From Amoebidium appalachense (taxonomy: Eukaryota > Protista > Ichthyosporea): a DNA stretch of 64,000 bases. The notes under the pieces were generated by a model. It ran no database searches, was not told where the DNA came from, and was given only the letters and a program-made list of their open reading frames with translations. This document shows, one piece after another, positions 46,021 to 59,915 of this stretch. The stretch covers positions 10,736,623-10,800,622 of the forward strand of contig CAVNZM010000008.1 of NCBI GenBank assembly GCA_963693365.1, in the 5' to 3' direction. Both the position numbers and the translations under genes were made by a program. The first letter of the stretch is position 1; every line of letters starts with the position of its first letter.

Positions 46021-46528
46021 TGGCAAGCATGCACACACAGCCTCCAGGAAACCTGCTGCTCTTAAACTTCTTCCACACAGGCCTGGGAGCTCGCGGTGCA
46101 ACAACGACAGCTATGGGTCCCATGTCGTGGCTACAAGGCGGAAGCCCGCTGCATGTGGCATCTGCGCTTCCCTAGACCACAGGGCACCATGGTGCACCGC
46201 TAACCAACACCTTGGGACCCGTCTGACTTTGGGCACATGGTTTTATCACGTGAACAGCGTCACATCCAGCGGCATGCAGACATCTCTGGCTCAGGCGTGG
46301 TATGACCTGCTGGGTATGAGGCAACCAAAATGGCGCCACCTGCTCATAACGGAAATTCCACCTTTTCACGATCGTCCGCATGTGCACGGCAACCTGTTTT
46401 TTTGTGTTATTCTACTCGATGATAGATTTCAGGCCGTTTGTGGGCCATATCCGGCGTCGCGTAAGGCAATTAATGATCTCATCAACGCAAAGTTTGCTAA
46501 ACCTCGCATAGTACTGCTTGCAGCCTAA
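46021..46528 (+). pseudogene. ORF fragment with CCHC zinc knuckle, possibly the C-terminal exon of a Mutator-like transposase
   Basis: RRKPAACGICASLDHRAPWC (CX2CX4HX4C preceded by basic residues) downstream of a CTTCAG acceptor. No DDE core is visible. Confidence 0.4.
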
Positions 46529-46891
46529 CATGTCAGACCCAGCGCTGGGGTGTGGTGTAGACAGAGTTTCCTGCCTGGTTAGACTTTTAGTGTGCATGTT
46601 CTTCTAGAATATGTAAGAATGGCTACTACGTTTAAGCCAACCTAACATATTCGTTTAACATAGATGCCCCTGCCCCCCCCCCCCCCCCCCCCCCCCCCTC
46701 CCCCCCCCCTCCCCCCCTCCCCTTTTTCTGGGTGGAGTGGTGGTACATAGGGGGTTTTTCCCTTTTGGATGATGGGCTTTTTTTGCCTCGAGATGTATCG
46801 TAAGTTCTATGAAAGTTCTAATCATAACTATACTGTAATATGCAGCTTATAATGTGTGGTCTCCCTACTTTGTGTCTTTCAGTGTGTGTGT

Positions 46892-46938
<47 letters not shown>

Positions 46939-46985
46939 AGCAATCCGTTTAGCATGGTGGTGGTGGTGGACCAGGTGGTGGTGGT

Positions 46986-47018
<33 letters not shown>

Positions 47019-47230
47019 AGCAATCCGTTTAGTATGATTTCTTCTTGATGTGGCAGGCATATGACACGTAGCGCTTGGCCTGACTGACTGATCAATGCCC
47101 CTATATATCTTACCCAATGTAACGGAAACCAAACAAATATTCACTGCATGAACAAGCATAGTTCCCCCACTGCATGTGGCACTATCATGTGGCTGAGTAA
47201 AATAACCATCTCTATGTCAGAGCGGACGAT

Positions 47231-47928
47231 CTCACAGGGCTCTTTGATCCCCCCCCCCCCCAAATCCCAACCCCACCACCACCACCCCATCCAACCCATA
47301 ACACCACCCTGATATGCTGCTACCGGTACCCCTGCCTCCCCCCCCCCCCCCCCCCCCCTGGGGCCCCCTTCCCCCCCCCCAAAAAACACCAGCACTATCA
47401 CTTCTAGCCCTACCGCCCGTGACACCACCATGAAATGCCACCCCTGTCTCTCTCTGTTCCCCCCTCCCCTACGTAAGTACGAATCACGTACCTGACCCAC
47501 TCACAAGACTGGGGTGCTGCCCCGGGTTAAATTTTACGGATATGTTTGACAATGAGTGTTGTGTTAGCGATTAATATTGGAACCTCTTAGTACATTGTAC
47601 ATTGGTCTGTATTGGCAGACGGTGGCTCCTTTGCGGCTGAAGCGTCCTGCGCGCGTGAATTTCAAACGGCTTAGAAGCATAAAATATGGAATAAAATCTC
47701 CACACACATACCCATGGCTCCACCAGAACGTGGCTCAGTAACATGTACATCTCATGTACGGACTATCTCACGGGCCTCTTTGATCCCCCCCCCCCCCCCC
47801 CTCCCCCCCCCCCCCCCCCCCTCTCCCCCCCCCCCCCTTCCCCCCCCCCCCCCCCCCCCAGAATCCCCTTCCCCAAAACACCATCACTATCACTTCTACC
47901 CCTACCACTCCGAAACAGCACCATGAAA

Positions 47929-47961
<33 letters not shown>

Positions 47962-48106
47962 AAAACACGGTGAATATGTTAGACCATTAGTGGTGTATTA
48001 GCGACTAATAATGGAACCTCTTACAGTGGTACATTGTACATTAGTGTGTTTAAGGAGACGGTGGCTCCTTTGAGGCTGTAAGTGTCCTGCGCGCGATGAT
48101 TTCAAC
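47231..48106. repeat. Diverged direct duplication (~47231-47667 versus ~47767-48106)
   Basis: Shared blocks CTCTTTGATCCCC, CACTATCACTTCTA.CCCTACC, CACCATGAAATGCC, GGAACCTCTTA, GTACATTGTACATT and AGACGGTGGCTCCTTTG occur in the same order. Confidence 0.75.
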
Positions 48107-48128
48107 TCAGGAGGAAGCGTGAGGCGGG

Positions 48129-48166
<38 letters not shown>

Positions 48167-48535
48167 TCGTGAGGCGGGGGCCCCGGGGGCCAGGGAGGGG
48201 GGGGGGGCCGGGGGGAGAGGGGAGAGGGAGGTAACAACCACACAACCCAACATCAATAACTGTCCCGTTATGTTTTGGCGCCGGCGACAGCCGGCGCACA
48301 GACCTACTTGTACACTCTACTTAGAAGACCAAAGGCATCCCACTTTTGCCAGAATATACAACAATAGTGCACGAGTTGGCATATGTATTTCGCACGCACG
48401 TGCAAAGCACGATTCTTCATTAGTTGCGCATCTTTGGTTTACACAGGTTGCACGAGCACATAGCATACATAGTTAGGTACGAATAACATAAGGGGAAGGG
48501 TGTGTGGGTGCCTCAACCCCTCTCCCCCGCCCTCC

Positions 48536-48586
<51 letters not shown>

Positions 48587-48789
48587 GGAGAGGGCCCAGG
48601 GTAGGTTGCGCACTGCTGATGCCCGATGATTTAATGAAGAAGCATGCACATCTCACCAGTGTCCCCTTCCTCCCCCTCCCCCCACTCCCCCCCCCCTCCT
48701 CCGTCCCCCTCCACCTACGGGGGTTGTGGGAGGGTGCGCACTGAGATGCCAAGTCGGGATCCAGAGCAGAAGCGTGCGAGGCTCCCGGA

Positions 48790-48837
<48 letters not shown>

Positions 48838-49226
48838 CTCCTCCTCCTCCTCCCCCCACCCCCACCCCCCGGGTGGGAGGTTGCACACTGAGATCCCATG
48901 AACCGATGGGAAGAGGCATGCGCATCACTCGGTCCCCCCCCCCTCCCCCCCCCCCCCCCCCCCCCCCAACCACCACCACCAACATCACCACCACCAAGCA
49001 TTCATGGACACACACGTCACACACACACATTGACAAAGCCCAGATTGAGAAGCGAAGGGGGATGTTGGAGTTAGGTAGGTAAAAGAAAGTACAATGCAGT
49101 GCCTGTAATGCATAGGAACCACCAACCTCATGATAACATCACATTCGATGATTTGATGATGGCCATGGCAAACGACTCGTAAAAAATTAGTAACACAGCT
49201 GTCCGAAGGCTCAGTGGTGCGCCTTA

Positions 49227-49785
49227 TGATGCACCAGGTCTATACAGCTGTCTAAACAACCATGATTTTCGATCGCTTACCCCGATCGCTATTGGAATGC
49301 TACGCGGGTGGGAAAGGTGTCTATCGATAGAGCTCGACAAGATAAAGATATTCCCCGGTCAAAATTTGATATCGTTTTTCTTTCCTGATAAAAATGTAAA
49401 AAATACTTACTAGTTGACGAAAATTATTGGCAAATCTTTGGAAAATCAATAACAATCCATAGGGGTATAGTACCGCAATGAAAACCTCGGGCGACTCAGC
49501 TCAAATAGATCTTGTGATCGTCCGGATAAGATTTTTGAAAAAAAAATTATTTCTCAAAAAAATTTGTCACGCACCAAGGCTCGAACGAATTCTTGGCGAA
49601 CCCGACTGATCTTTATGCAAAAAAGAGTGAAAAAATAACCATGGTAAGTTTTGTTTTGAGTTAGCTACAGTTCCTTGCGTAACTTGGGGCGTGGATCAAA
49701 TTGCCGGTCTCCGCTTGAAAAAATCTTTCTTCTAATCAAAGTTATTGGCCGAAAACCTGTACAGGTCTATAGTCCCGGTGCATCA
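49227..49785. mobile_element. MITE, ~560 bp, 25-bp imperfect TIRs, TA flanks
   Basis: TGATGCACCAGGTCTATACAGCTGT versus inverse TGATGCACCGGGACTATAGACCTGT (21/25); TA at 49225-26 and 49786-87; AT-rich non-coding interior. Confidence 0.7.
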
Positions 49786-50427
49786 TACTCCAATCGATAA
49801 CATCAAACAGGCGATAAAATGACGTCGTTCTGCGCATGTTTCAGACGCACAGCGACCCTCAAACAACTCAAAATGAGATCCGCATGGGTGTGTTGTGTTG
49901 ATGGTTTCCCCTCTTTAGTTGTCTGGTCGGAGTGTCTCGAATAGATCACCTGTCTCTGTGATAGCTCGGTCTTGTATTTGCTGTCTGTGTAAGTGGATTT
50001 ACAAGCAATTGCTGGTAAAGGCAAGGATTTCTTCTGATTGCTTGTGTTTCGAGTTCACTGGGGTTCAATGTTTCGCTGTAAAAACACGCGAATACAGTGG
50101 AAGATCCTATATGGCTTGCCATATTTCAGTTCAATTTGTGGTTATCCGTAAGCGTCCACTTAGCAGCCCGGGTTTCCGTTGAGCAGATCTAAACGTCAAG
50201 CAATAGAGAACAGAGTCCGCACCGACCGAAACGGCCGGCCTACCCTGACAAATGCAGCTTCACAAATGGGGTTTCTTGTTAGGTGGGTGATGTTTTACTG
50301 GCAGTCACAAGTTGAACCATCTTTTGCACCGAATCAAAGGGCGGGAACATCCACCTGCATCATTGTGCTCTAAATAAATGTAGGGATTGGAGGGGTGTAC
50401 GCGCAAGTTAGCGAGGTAGAACCCGTG

Positions 50428-51373
50428 ATGAGAGGAAGAAGCAGGAAAATAGTGGAGTGGGTGGGAGGAGAACGGGAGCGACTATGCGAAATTGTGTTGG
50501 TTGTTGGTATAGCATGAAATAGGGGGAATACAGTTACTTGTGAGGCAGCAGAAACCCGAAGCTGTCTCTCAAAACGTAGCGATAAAAACTCGAGATTGCT
50601 TCATGGATGAGAGTTGTGGAATTAGCACGCACAGCATGTCTGCGCTGATCCGTCATGGCTGTACACTCTAATCGGGTCAAGCGGGTCGATGCCGTCATGG
50701 CTGTACACTCTAATCGGGTCAAGCGGGTCGATGTGTAAGGGTGCACCTCCTCTGACCTGGCCTGTCCATAACCAAAACATCCCGTTATATGACTACACAC
50801 CGGCCATTATTTTAATCCAAGGGCCTTCCTTGTTCGAAATCCGAGCACCAGTACATGGGGGTAGGTTAGTGAAAGGAGTACTTCTGATGACGGGGGATGG
50901 GTGAGATGGGAGTGGGGAGAGGGTAAAGCCGGCGAGTATGGAGGGTTAATAAGGGGCGGAGGGGGGGGGGGGGGGGGGGGGGGGAGGAGAAATGTTGGAG
51001 GGGGTACTAATTCTATACCAAGAATGTTTGTCTGCGCTCTCTGAAACACCTGCCTAGAAGTCCTCAGCAAATTTACAACACAATTTTCTCATTTCTCGGT
51101 ACTGTCTTTCCCTCAGAAAACAGCCGTGGTGATCAGAGTAGGCATTCCGGCACGTTTTCCTCGCACATTCACCATTACTGTGACAACCTAGAGTTTCATG
51201 TTGCACTCCCCATGCACAGGTGTGCTTTGTGGCAGCCAGGTGTCAGCCCAGGGCTGGGGTGCCCGTCTAGTAGTGCTCACGCAGAGGAATGACAGCTACC
51301 CGTTTGGCTGTGCACAGGCTGCCTTTGGGGGCCCCCTTTCAGACAAGGGCTACGCTGCCGCATTTCTGGTTCC

Positions 51374-51433
<60 letters not shown>

Positions 51434-51747
51434 GTGTGCCTTTAAAAAGTGTATCAAATGTCGACCCCCCCTTCTCCCCCCCCCCCCCCCCCCCCCCTTC
51501 TCGGCCACACCGGCACCACCACCACCACGCACTCACACGCCTCCCACATCCTTCCCTAGTTCTTGCTGTCATGCGCGACTCACCCAATACCACACACCTA
51601 AATTATTCGTTACCCTCCCCCCCCCTACCCCCCCCCCCCCCCCCCCAACTGGGAAATCCTTTACCTTTCTTTCGTCTTCTATGTCGTGCTTTGCTTTCGT
51701 CTTTTCTCTTACCCTTGTACGTAAGTACCCCCCTCCCCCCCCTTATA

Positions 51748-51787
<40 letters not shown>

Positions 51788-52416
51788 CTCCCTCCCCAAA
51801 GGGAAAAAAAAAAGGAAAGAAAGAAAAAAAAGAAAAAAGAAGAAAGAAAAGGAAGTCAGCCCTTTTTTTTAAAGTGATGGTAGTGGTGGTGTGTGTGTGT
51901 GTGTGTGGGAGGGGTGGGCGGGCGGGTGGGTGGGTGGGTTGGGGGGGAGGGGGGAGGGGGGTGGAGGGTCCTTCATACTGTATAACACATTTTAACCTCC
52001 CCTCCTTCCCCCCCTCCGCCCCCCGTTCCCCCCTCCACCTGGCCCTCCCTCGTGGTTGTGGTTCTGAAAACCATCAATAGTGGATTTGCTTTCTCCTACA
52101 ATCTGCCCTATTCTATTCCCCATCCCCGCCTTACCTCGCTTGCAAACTCTTTCCCTGATTCCTTCTCCCATTCCCTCCCACACCACCACCACCATCGGCT
52201 GCATACCCCCCCCCCCCCCCCCCCCTCCTAGGCCACCACCGCATGTCTATCTGAATGCTACCAAATATGGTCATAGTGCTGACCCACCTGCCTTATTAGG
52301 CAGGTAACCCCTACGACGGCTGCTCATCGCTTGAGAATGTGACGGGGAGCATTGTTCTGGTCACACGTGGCAACTGTGATTTTGTTACAAAGGCACGCCA
52401 TGTGCAGGTGTTCACT

Positions 52417-52447
<31 letters not shown>

Positions 52448-54954
52448 TCCCCTTTGCCCCCGCCGGCGGCCTCCTTCCCTCCTCTTTCCCCTCCCCCCCT
52501 TGCAGCCCTTATCCCCGCTCCCCTCTCCTCCCCTATCCGTCTCCGGTACCGACACAAACACACAAGAAAAAAGAAAAAGGGAATCACCGCAAAGTGGCAT
52601 GCCTGTAATCGATTTCAATGACCAGGGGGTGAAGGGGGGCTCATACTAAACACACAGTAGATGTATACACCCTAAATGTGCAAAGGTCTACTCTGAAACT
52701 GAATAGCGTTATTACAAATATAATTTGCCAAGCGTTGGTCCAATAGCTATCTACTCTACATGTCACACGAAATCTGTCGTAAACCTAGCCAAAATTGACG
52801 TTCACACAATTATTTAAAATCACACCCAAGCATACACCCTAGACCATGCACGTGTTCACCACCACATTTACACCCCTAACAGGTAGATGTGTCGGCCATT
52901 ACATTTCCATCACTTTACGCAACCCACTGCCTGTCTTGTTCTCACTAATTAGTATCGAACACCCACAACTCGCACCCCCCTCCCCCCCCCCCCCCCTCCC
53001 CCCCCCCCCTCCCCTCCCCCCCTTTCCCCCTCCCTCCCCCTTCTCCACCTTCTCACCCAGGATGGGCTCTGCTAATGATACACACTGACTGTGTGCCTTG
53101 CCGTCTGCATTTGATGTCCGAATGAAAGTGCAGGCACTTCGTCCCCTGTAACACAGTCTAACCCCGTCCCCTCCCCCCCCCCCCCCCCCCCCCCCCCGGC
53201 CGCCCAACTTTCCTCCCGGCCCACCTTTTTCCCTTTTCCCCCCACGTCCCCCTTTCCCCCCTTATGTCCCCCTCCCCCCCCCCCCCCCCCCCCCCAAATT
53301 TCCCTCTCCCCCCCCCCCCCCCCCCTAACACGGATTTCCTCCTTCTCTCTCTCTCCCTCCCCCCCCCCCCCCCCCCCCCCCCCGGTGCGCGTTTCCCCTA
53401 TTCCCCCTCCCCCCTCCCCCCGGTTTCCCACCCTTTTTTCCCACATGCAGAGGGCCGGTGGTGTCGGGATGGTAGTAGCAGACGAAGTAGACGGGCCCCT
53501 TGTGATCATGAACCCCAAGGGGGGCCCAGCCAGGGACATCAGCATACCGTGTGTGTTTGTGAGCAAGCGGGATGGCAATCTGATACGTGACATGATCAAG
53601 GGCCAGCTGTACGAGGCTGATGTGGTTGGTGGCTACCCCCCCTCTTCCCCCTGCCTCCCTCTCCCCTCTCCATCTGCCCCCTTTTCTTCCCCTCGCCTTC
53701 CCCACGCTGAATCCCCCCCCCCCCCCCCTCGGCAACTCCCCCGGGAACCCTTATCCTTTGGCACTGACGATTTGGCCGTTAACCAGCCAACACAAAAGCA
53801 CAGTGACGCACACATCTATGCATGCACACGCATATGGACACACACATCTATGCATGCACACGCATATTGACACACACATCTATGCATGCACACGCATATG
53901 GACACACACACACACGTGGGGGCACACATGCACACAAACACACCCGCAGCATGCACACACAAGCTTGCACCCACACACAAACCAGATACATCCACACACT
54001 ACAACCATACCCGTTTATAGCAGGCAGGTGTGCTGAAACGGAAACATGCACACACATACACACTCACACTCACACTCACACACACACTCGCACACTCACA
54101 CACTCAAACCCACAAGCACACATCCATCCCTGATCCCTCTTTTCAACACATGACCAGAGCGGGCAAAGGCCAATCACATATGATCCGTATCCCCCGCCCT
54201 CGCCCCCTCCCTCCCTCCCCCTCCCCCCCCCCTCTCCCCCCCCCCCCGTCCCCCCCCCCCCCCCCCCCCTCCCTCTCCCCTCTCCCGCTCACCTTCTCCC
54301 TCTCACCTCCCCCCCCCCCCCCCCCCCCCCCTGCCCATCCCCTTCCAACCATTCTACCACGACAATGATCACTTGGCTGATTATTCCAGCCGTTCCCTGT
54401 GTCCTCCCAGCAATTTGCCCTTCAGCCTGATCATTGTTCTGGGTGTATGTTCTATCTGTCTCCGGCACTTTCCTTTCCTTATAGCCACATGGGTACTCTT
54501 TGTGTGTGCTGATTAGAACAATGTCGCGTAGTGCTGTTTCCCGTGGATGTGTACTGCACAGTCTGAAGACATCCTATCCCCCCCCCCATAGGAACCCCCC
54601 TGATGATGGGCTCTGTTCAAGTGTCTTTTGCCTGCACACTTACTTTTGATTTCGGGTTTCTCATTTTTGTGACGTTCAGCCGTGCATAGGGATCCTGTAT
54701 GCCGCACGGTGGGGCATGGGGTGGCCTGCGTTTGTGCTGCCGTTCATTGTGATCTTTGTAGTCTGCATCTTCCTGCTGGGCTCCTTCCTGGTCTACAGGC
54801 ACAGGACTCAGAGCTACTTGATGCTGGTGTGTGTGTGTGGGTGGGTGTGTGTGTGTGTGCGTGTGTGTGTGTATGTGGGTGTGTCGTTGTGTGCGTGTGT
54901 GCGTGTGTGTGTGTATGTGTGTGTGTGTGCGTAGGGGGGCTGGGGGGAGTGGGG

Positions 54955-55039
<85 letters not shown>

Positions 55040-55046
55040 TGTGTAC

Positions 55047-55090
<44 letters not shown>

Positions 55091-55098
55091 TGTGTACA

Positions 55099-55129
<31 letters not shown>

Positions 55130-55912
55130 GTGTACACGTGCTCGTGCATGTGTGTGCACGCCTGCATGTACAGGTGTGTATGTTTGGGCGTGTGTGTTTG
55201 TGTGGGTGCCTGTGTGTCGGGGTACCTGTGTGTCTGTGTGTGCTTGTGTGGGTGCCTGTGTGTCGGGGTACCTGTGTGTCTGTGTGTGTTTGTGTGGGTG
55301 CCTGTGTGTCGGGGTACCTGTGTGTCTGTGTGTGTTTGTGTGGGTGCCTGTGTGTCGGGGTACCTGTGTGTCTGTGTGTGTTTGTGTGGGTGCCTGTGTG
55401 TCGGGGTACCTGTGTGTCTGTGTGTGTTTGTGTGGGTGCCTGTGTGTCGGGGTACCTGTGTGTCTGTGTGTGTTTGTGTGGGTGTTTGTGTGTTCAATGG
55501 GGGGAGAAGGTGGTGTATGTGTATGTGTGTTTATGTGTGCGTGTGTGTGCGTCTGTGCGCATGCGTGCATGTGGCTGTGTATGTGTGTGCACGCGCACAT
55601 GTGTGTATGTGGATGGGTGTGTGCTCGTGCATGTGTGTTTGTATACGTGTCTGTGTGTCTGTGCACCTGTGGGTCTGTCCGTCTGTGTGTGTGTGTGTGT
55701 GTTCAATGGCGGGGAGGGGGGGTGTTTGCACATGATTGTAAGCATTCACAGTCACAAACTATCTGACCACCGTGCCCCCTCCCCATAGCCGAGTTTTGGA
55801 GGTGGACCCTTGCCATCATCAGCTCCTGTAAGCAACCCCCTTCCCCAAAACACACACACACACACGCCGCACACACACGCACACGCACACGCACACGCAC
55901 ACGCACACGCAC

Positions 55913-56001
<89 letters not shown>

Positions 56002-56147
56002 TGTTATACACCTATTCCACCCCACACCCATGCACACACAGGCACACAATCACTCTCACTTACTCTCCTTCACATGCACACACACATGCACACACATCCA
56101 CACGCACGTGCGTGTGCGCACCTGCACGACTGCGCGCGTGCACACAC

Positions 56148-56231
<84 letters not shown>

Positions 56232-56308
56232 CACCCTAAGGTTATCCCGACATTGTTGCATGATCGACGTGTATCTCGATACTTCGTACTGTTCAAAATT
56301 CCTTCCCC

Positions 56309-56389
<81 letters not shown>

Positions 56390-56788
56390 CCCAAAAAAAA
56401 CAAAAAAAAAACAAAAAAAAACTTAAAAGTTGTTGGTCTGCTCATCACCCTCCCCTCCCCTCTCTGCGACCCACACCCACACACAAGCTTCAACACCTCC
56501 CCGCTTGCCCTTTCTTTTTGCGCCGGACCACCGCCTTTCCATTTTTGAGGTTTTCTCCCAAACACAATGTATTCTGATGACATTTCCTCCCCCTTTGTCA
56601 TAAACATTCGCCACGTACATGCATGTTTCTCTTCACAATAAGTTGCCAATCCCCACCTCCCCATACATCGATCAAGATCCTGTGCACACCCATCCCTTTT
56701 CCCTTTTCCCCACCACCATATTCATTCCCTAGCACTTCCCACACAGTCACACACAAATAGAGATTGTCGTCCCCCGTCCCCCCCCTTC

Positions 56789-56819
<31 letters not shown>

Positions 56820-57411
56820 ACCCTTTTTTCCTCCATCGACTGCCCTTTGTGGCAATGCACCAAACCGAGGGGAAAAGGTTGCAGTGAGTAAAAGCAGGTT
56901 AAAGTTGCCTTTTTCTATAGGCACAAACTGATTGGTCCGTTACCATTTAATCAGGAAACCGCCACGAGAGAGGAGATCGACACTCTGCCGTACCAGAAAC
57001 CCTCCGCAGACACATGCTCAATATGCCTTGAGGTTGGTGAATCCAATCCCCCCTCCCCCCACTCCCCACCCCCCTCATCTTCCCCCCTCCCCCCCCTCCC
57101 CCCTGCCCGAATACTGCATCATGTTTTGTGCTGCATACTTCTTTGCATTCCCCCCCCCCCCCCCCCCAATGGGGGGGCACCCACCCACCTCTTCCTCCCC
57201 CCCCCCTCTCCTCCCCCCTCCCCCCCACCTTTGCGGAGGCATAGGAACCCCCCTGATGATGGGCTCTGTTCAAGTGTCTTCTGCCTGCACAGTTACTTTG
57301 TTTGATTTCGGGTTTCTCATTTTTGTGACGTTTTGTTGTTGCTTTTTGCTGTCTCCTCCATATTTCCAACCCTCTAACGCATACATCAGCCCCCCCCTCT
57401 CTCTCTCTCTC

Positions 57412-57450
<39 letters not shown>

Positions 57451-57659
57451 TATCGCATACATATTGCCACATAAAGCATTATCATTATTACTGTTGTTGG
57501 TAGTGTTGTCGTGTATGTGTGTTTGGGGGAGGGAGGGAGGGAGAGAGGGGGGGGGTAGTTCACCGATTCTGACGGTTTTTTTTTTGGTTCTCTGTCAGGA
57601 CTTCGAGGGAACTGAATTCGTTCGGGTGCTGGCATGTGGGCATGGTAATCCCAATCCCC

Positions 57660-57700
<41 letters not shown>

Positions 57701-57870
57701 AAAAAAAAAAAAAAAAACTGGTGTGGTTGACCAGTAATATTTTTTTCCGCTCTCTTCAACGACTGCTAGCCCCCCCCCCCCCCCCCCCCCCCTTCTCCCC
57801 CAAGCCCCCTCTCCCTTCCCTGCTTCCTCTTTGCGTTTCTGATTGTTGCCTTCTGCCTGCCTGTTTACAT

Positions 57871-57906
<36 letters not shown>

Positions 57907-58740
57907 GACCCCTCGACTCTCCACCCTTGCTTTCCCAATAATTGCCTTCTGCCTGCCTATATACATGTATCTCATCCCCTCCCCCCACCCCCTCCCCCCT
58001 CTCAAACTGGCGCCGCTGGCACCCGTCCCTCCATTACCACTCTCCTCTTCCACTCCATGTTAAGACCTTATTAACTGATCTTCATCTCCTCGCCACACAC
58101 ACACACACACGCTATTTCTTCGTCCTTCTACGCCCTTCCACCCATTGCTTCCACCCCCTTCCGCAGAGTTCCACACTGGCTGTGTAGACCGCTGGCTGGC
58201 CACCCGTCGTCGCACCTGCCCTGTGTGCAAAAGAGACGCCATAAAAGCGCACATAGAGTCTACCCCCCTCCTTGCACCCACCCGCAGGTCTGCACAGACA
58301 TCGCCTGAACAATCTTCTTCTCTGCCTGGGAGGATATTGGCTGCTTTGAGGTATGGTCACTAGGACAACCTCCTTCCCCTTCTGCCCTTCCCCACATACA
58401 TATGTAGACACACGCACGCACGTACACGCACGCTTGCACGCACACACACACTGGCACACACACTGGCACACACACTGGCACACACAGATGCACATGAGCG
58501 CAGGCACACAATACACTCACACAAAGCCCCACATAAAGGTTGCCCCCCCCTCCCTCCCCCCTCCCTCTTTTCCTTCGTCCTCACACATGTGTGTGTGCGT
58601 GAATCAGTGCGCACTTGGGTGCGTGTGTGCCAGTGCATGCGTGCGTGAGAGAATGAGGGGAGGGGAGGAGGGAGGAAGGTTACATGTGTGTGTAGTGTGC
58701 ATTGCAAACTCGGGATAATCAGCAACACACTGACCTAACA
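50428..58740 (+). CDS. PA-TM-RING-H2 E3 ubiquitin ligase (RNF13/RNF167/RMR-like)
   Basis: Exons 50428-50506, 51220-51368 (AAFGGPL), 52300-52407 ([26 protein letters not shown] domain), 53451-~53627 ([14 protein letters not shown]), ~54680-54826 (TM: [21 protein letters not shown]), 55789-55827, 56955-57032 (CSICLE), 57599-57644 (DF..RVLACGH) and 58167-58350 ([19 protein letters not shown]). Phases are compatible; the terminal exon is approximate. Confidence 0.9.
54588..54677. repeat. Dispersed ~90-bp intronic repeat (second copy at 57241-57332)
   Basis: ATAGGAACCCCCCTGATGATGGGCTCTGTTCAAGTGTCTT...GATTTCGGGTTTCTCATTTTTGTGACGTT in two introns of the RING gene. Confidence 0.9.
55201..55482. repeat. 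Minisatellite, 46-bp unit x6, embedded in (GT)n
   Basis: TGTGGGTGCCTGTGTGTCGGGGTACCTGTGTGTCTGTGTGTGTTTG starts at 55201, 55247, 55293, 55339, 55385 and 55431. Confidence 0.9.
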
Positions 58741-59281
58741 TCTAAACTGAAGGAGACCACAGCAACAGGCTGGGAGCATTCAGAGCCTGTTCATATACAA
58801 CCCCCCTGCGGCGACACCATGAACATGCCCTCCTCCTCCCCCCCCTCCCCCTCCCCCCCCTCCCCCATCCTCTTCCCCCCTCCCCCTCCTCCGGAGGTGT
58901 GTGGACACGCACGCAGAACCTAATGCTAGAAGGTTTTTCCCTCTTCCAAAACGCGCAAGATCTTGAACCATGCAGCAAAAGGCATTTCAATTTCACGCCA
59001 TGTAGTTAGCATGTGATCATTCGTCTTACTTAATAACCAAACGAATGCAAAGTTTTGTTTGCCCCATGAATACGCGTCTTCGTTTCTTTCGTTTTTTTCG
59101 AACTTGGAGTATGTTTGGTTTGGTTCACTTTGGGATTTGAGTTCGTACTTAAGGCACATGTTATCCATGAGGCCCTAAGTTTCCTTAGCTCTGATTCTGG
59201 TGTGTGTAGGACGTGCGACGGCAAAACAAACGGACTGTTAACGCGCGTGGACGACTTTTTACACGATATGTTTTGATTTTT

Positions 59282-59437
59282 CTCGGAGTATCCCCTCAGC
59301 GGTATATCATGATCAAGTACATAGATGTCGGGTGATGGTTATATATCAGGGTTTACTTTCTCTACGAGGGACCATAATATTCATCACCCGACAACTATCT
59401 GCCTGATCATGATATAACGCTGAGGGGATATACCGAG
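59282..59437. repeat. ~155-bp imperfect foldback (MITE-like)
   Basis: CTCGG.GTATCCCCTCAGCG.TATATCATGATCA...TGTCGGGTGATG pairs with CATCACCCGACA...TGATCATGATATA.CGCTGAGGGGATATACCGAG. Confidence 0.8.
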
Positions 59438-59707
59438 CAAAATTTTAAACTCCCCCGATACCTGAGACTGGTCTCTCATTGCCTCGAGTAAACAACGTAA
59501 ACCCCCATCTATATTATTGGTGTCTGTGTTTCCCATTGCCTGTTGGATGGTGCTCGTGTGAATTACCCGTGAATACAACACAAAAAACGATGAAATCAAG
59601 TCTTGATCATGAACATGCCTGTTGGAGATACCTGCTATCTTTTTGTTGGTGGCTGGAGTCCCAATAGTGTCTGCCCCTTCCCCCCCTCCCCCCCCCCCCC
59701 CCCCGGC

Positions 59708-59749
<42 letters not shown>

Positions 59750-59753
59750 ACGC

Positions 59754-59915
<162 letters not shown>

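Noticed and set aside
52284-52300. 17-mer CCACCTGCCTTATTAGG identical to 63592-63608, both at splice sites
   Set aside because: A single 17-bp match in 64 kb is plausible by chance, and there is no flanking similarity.
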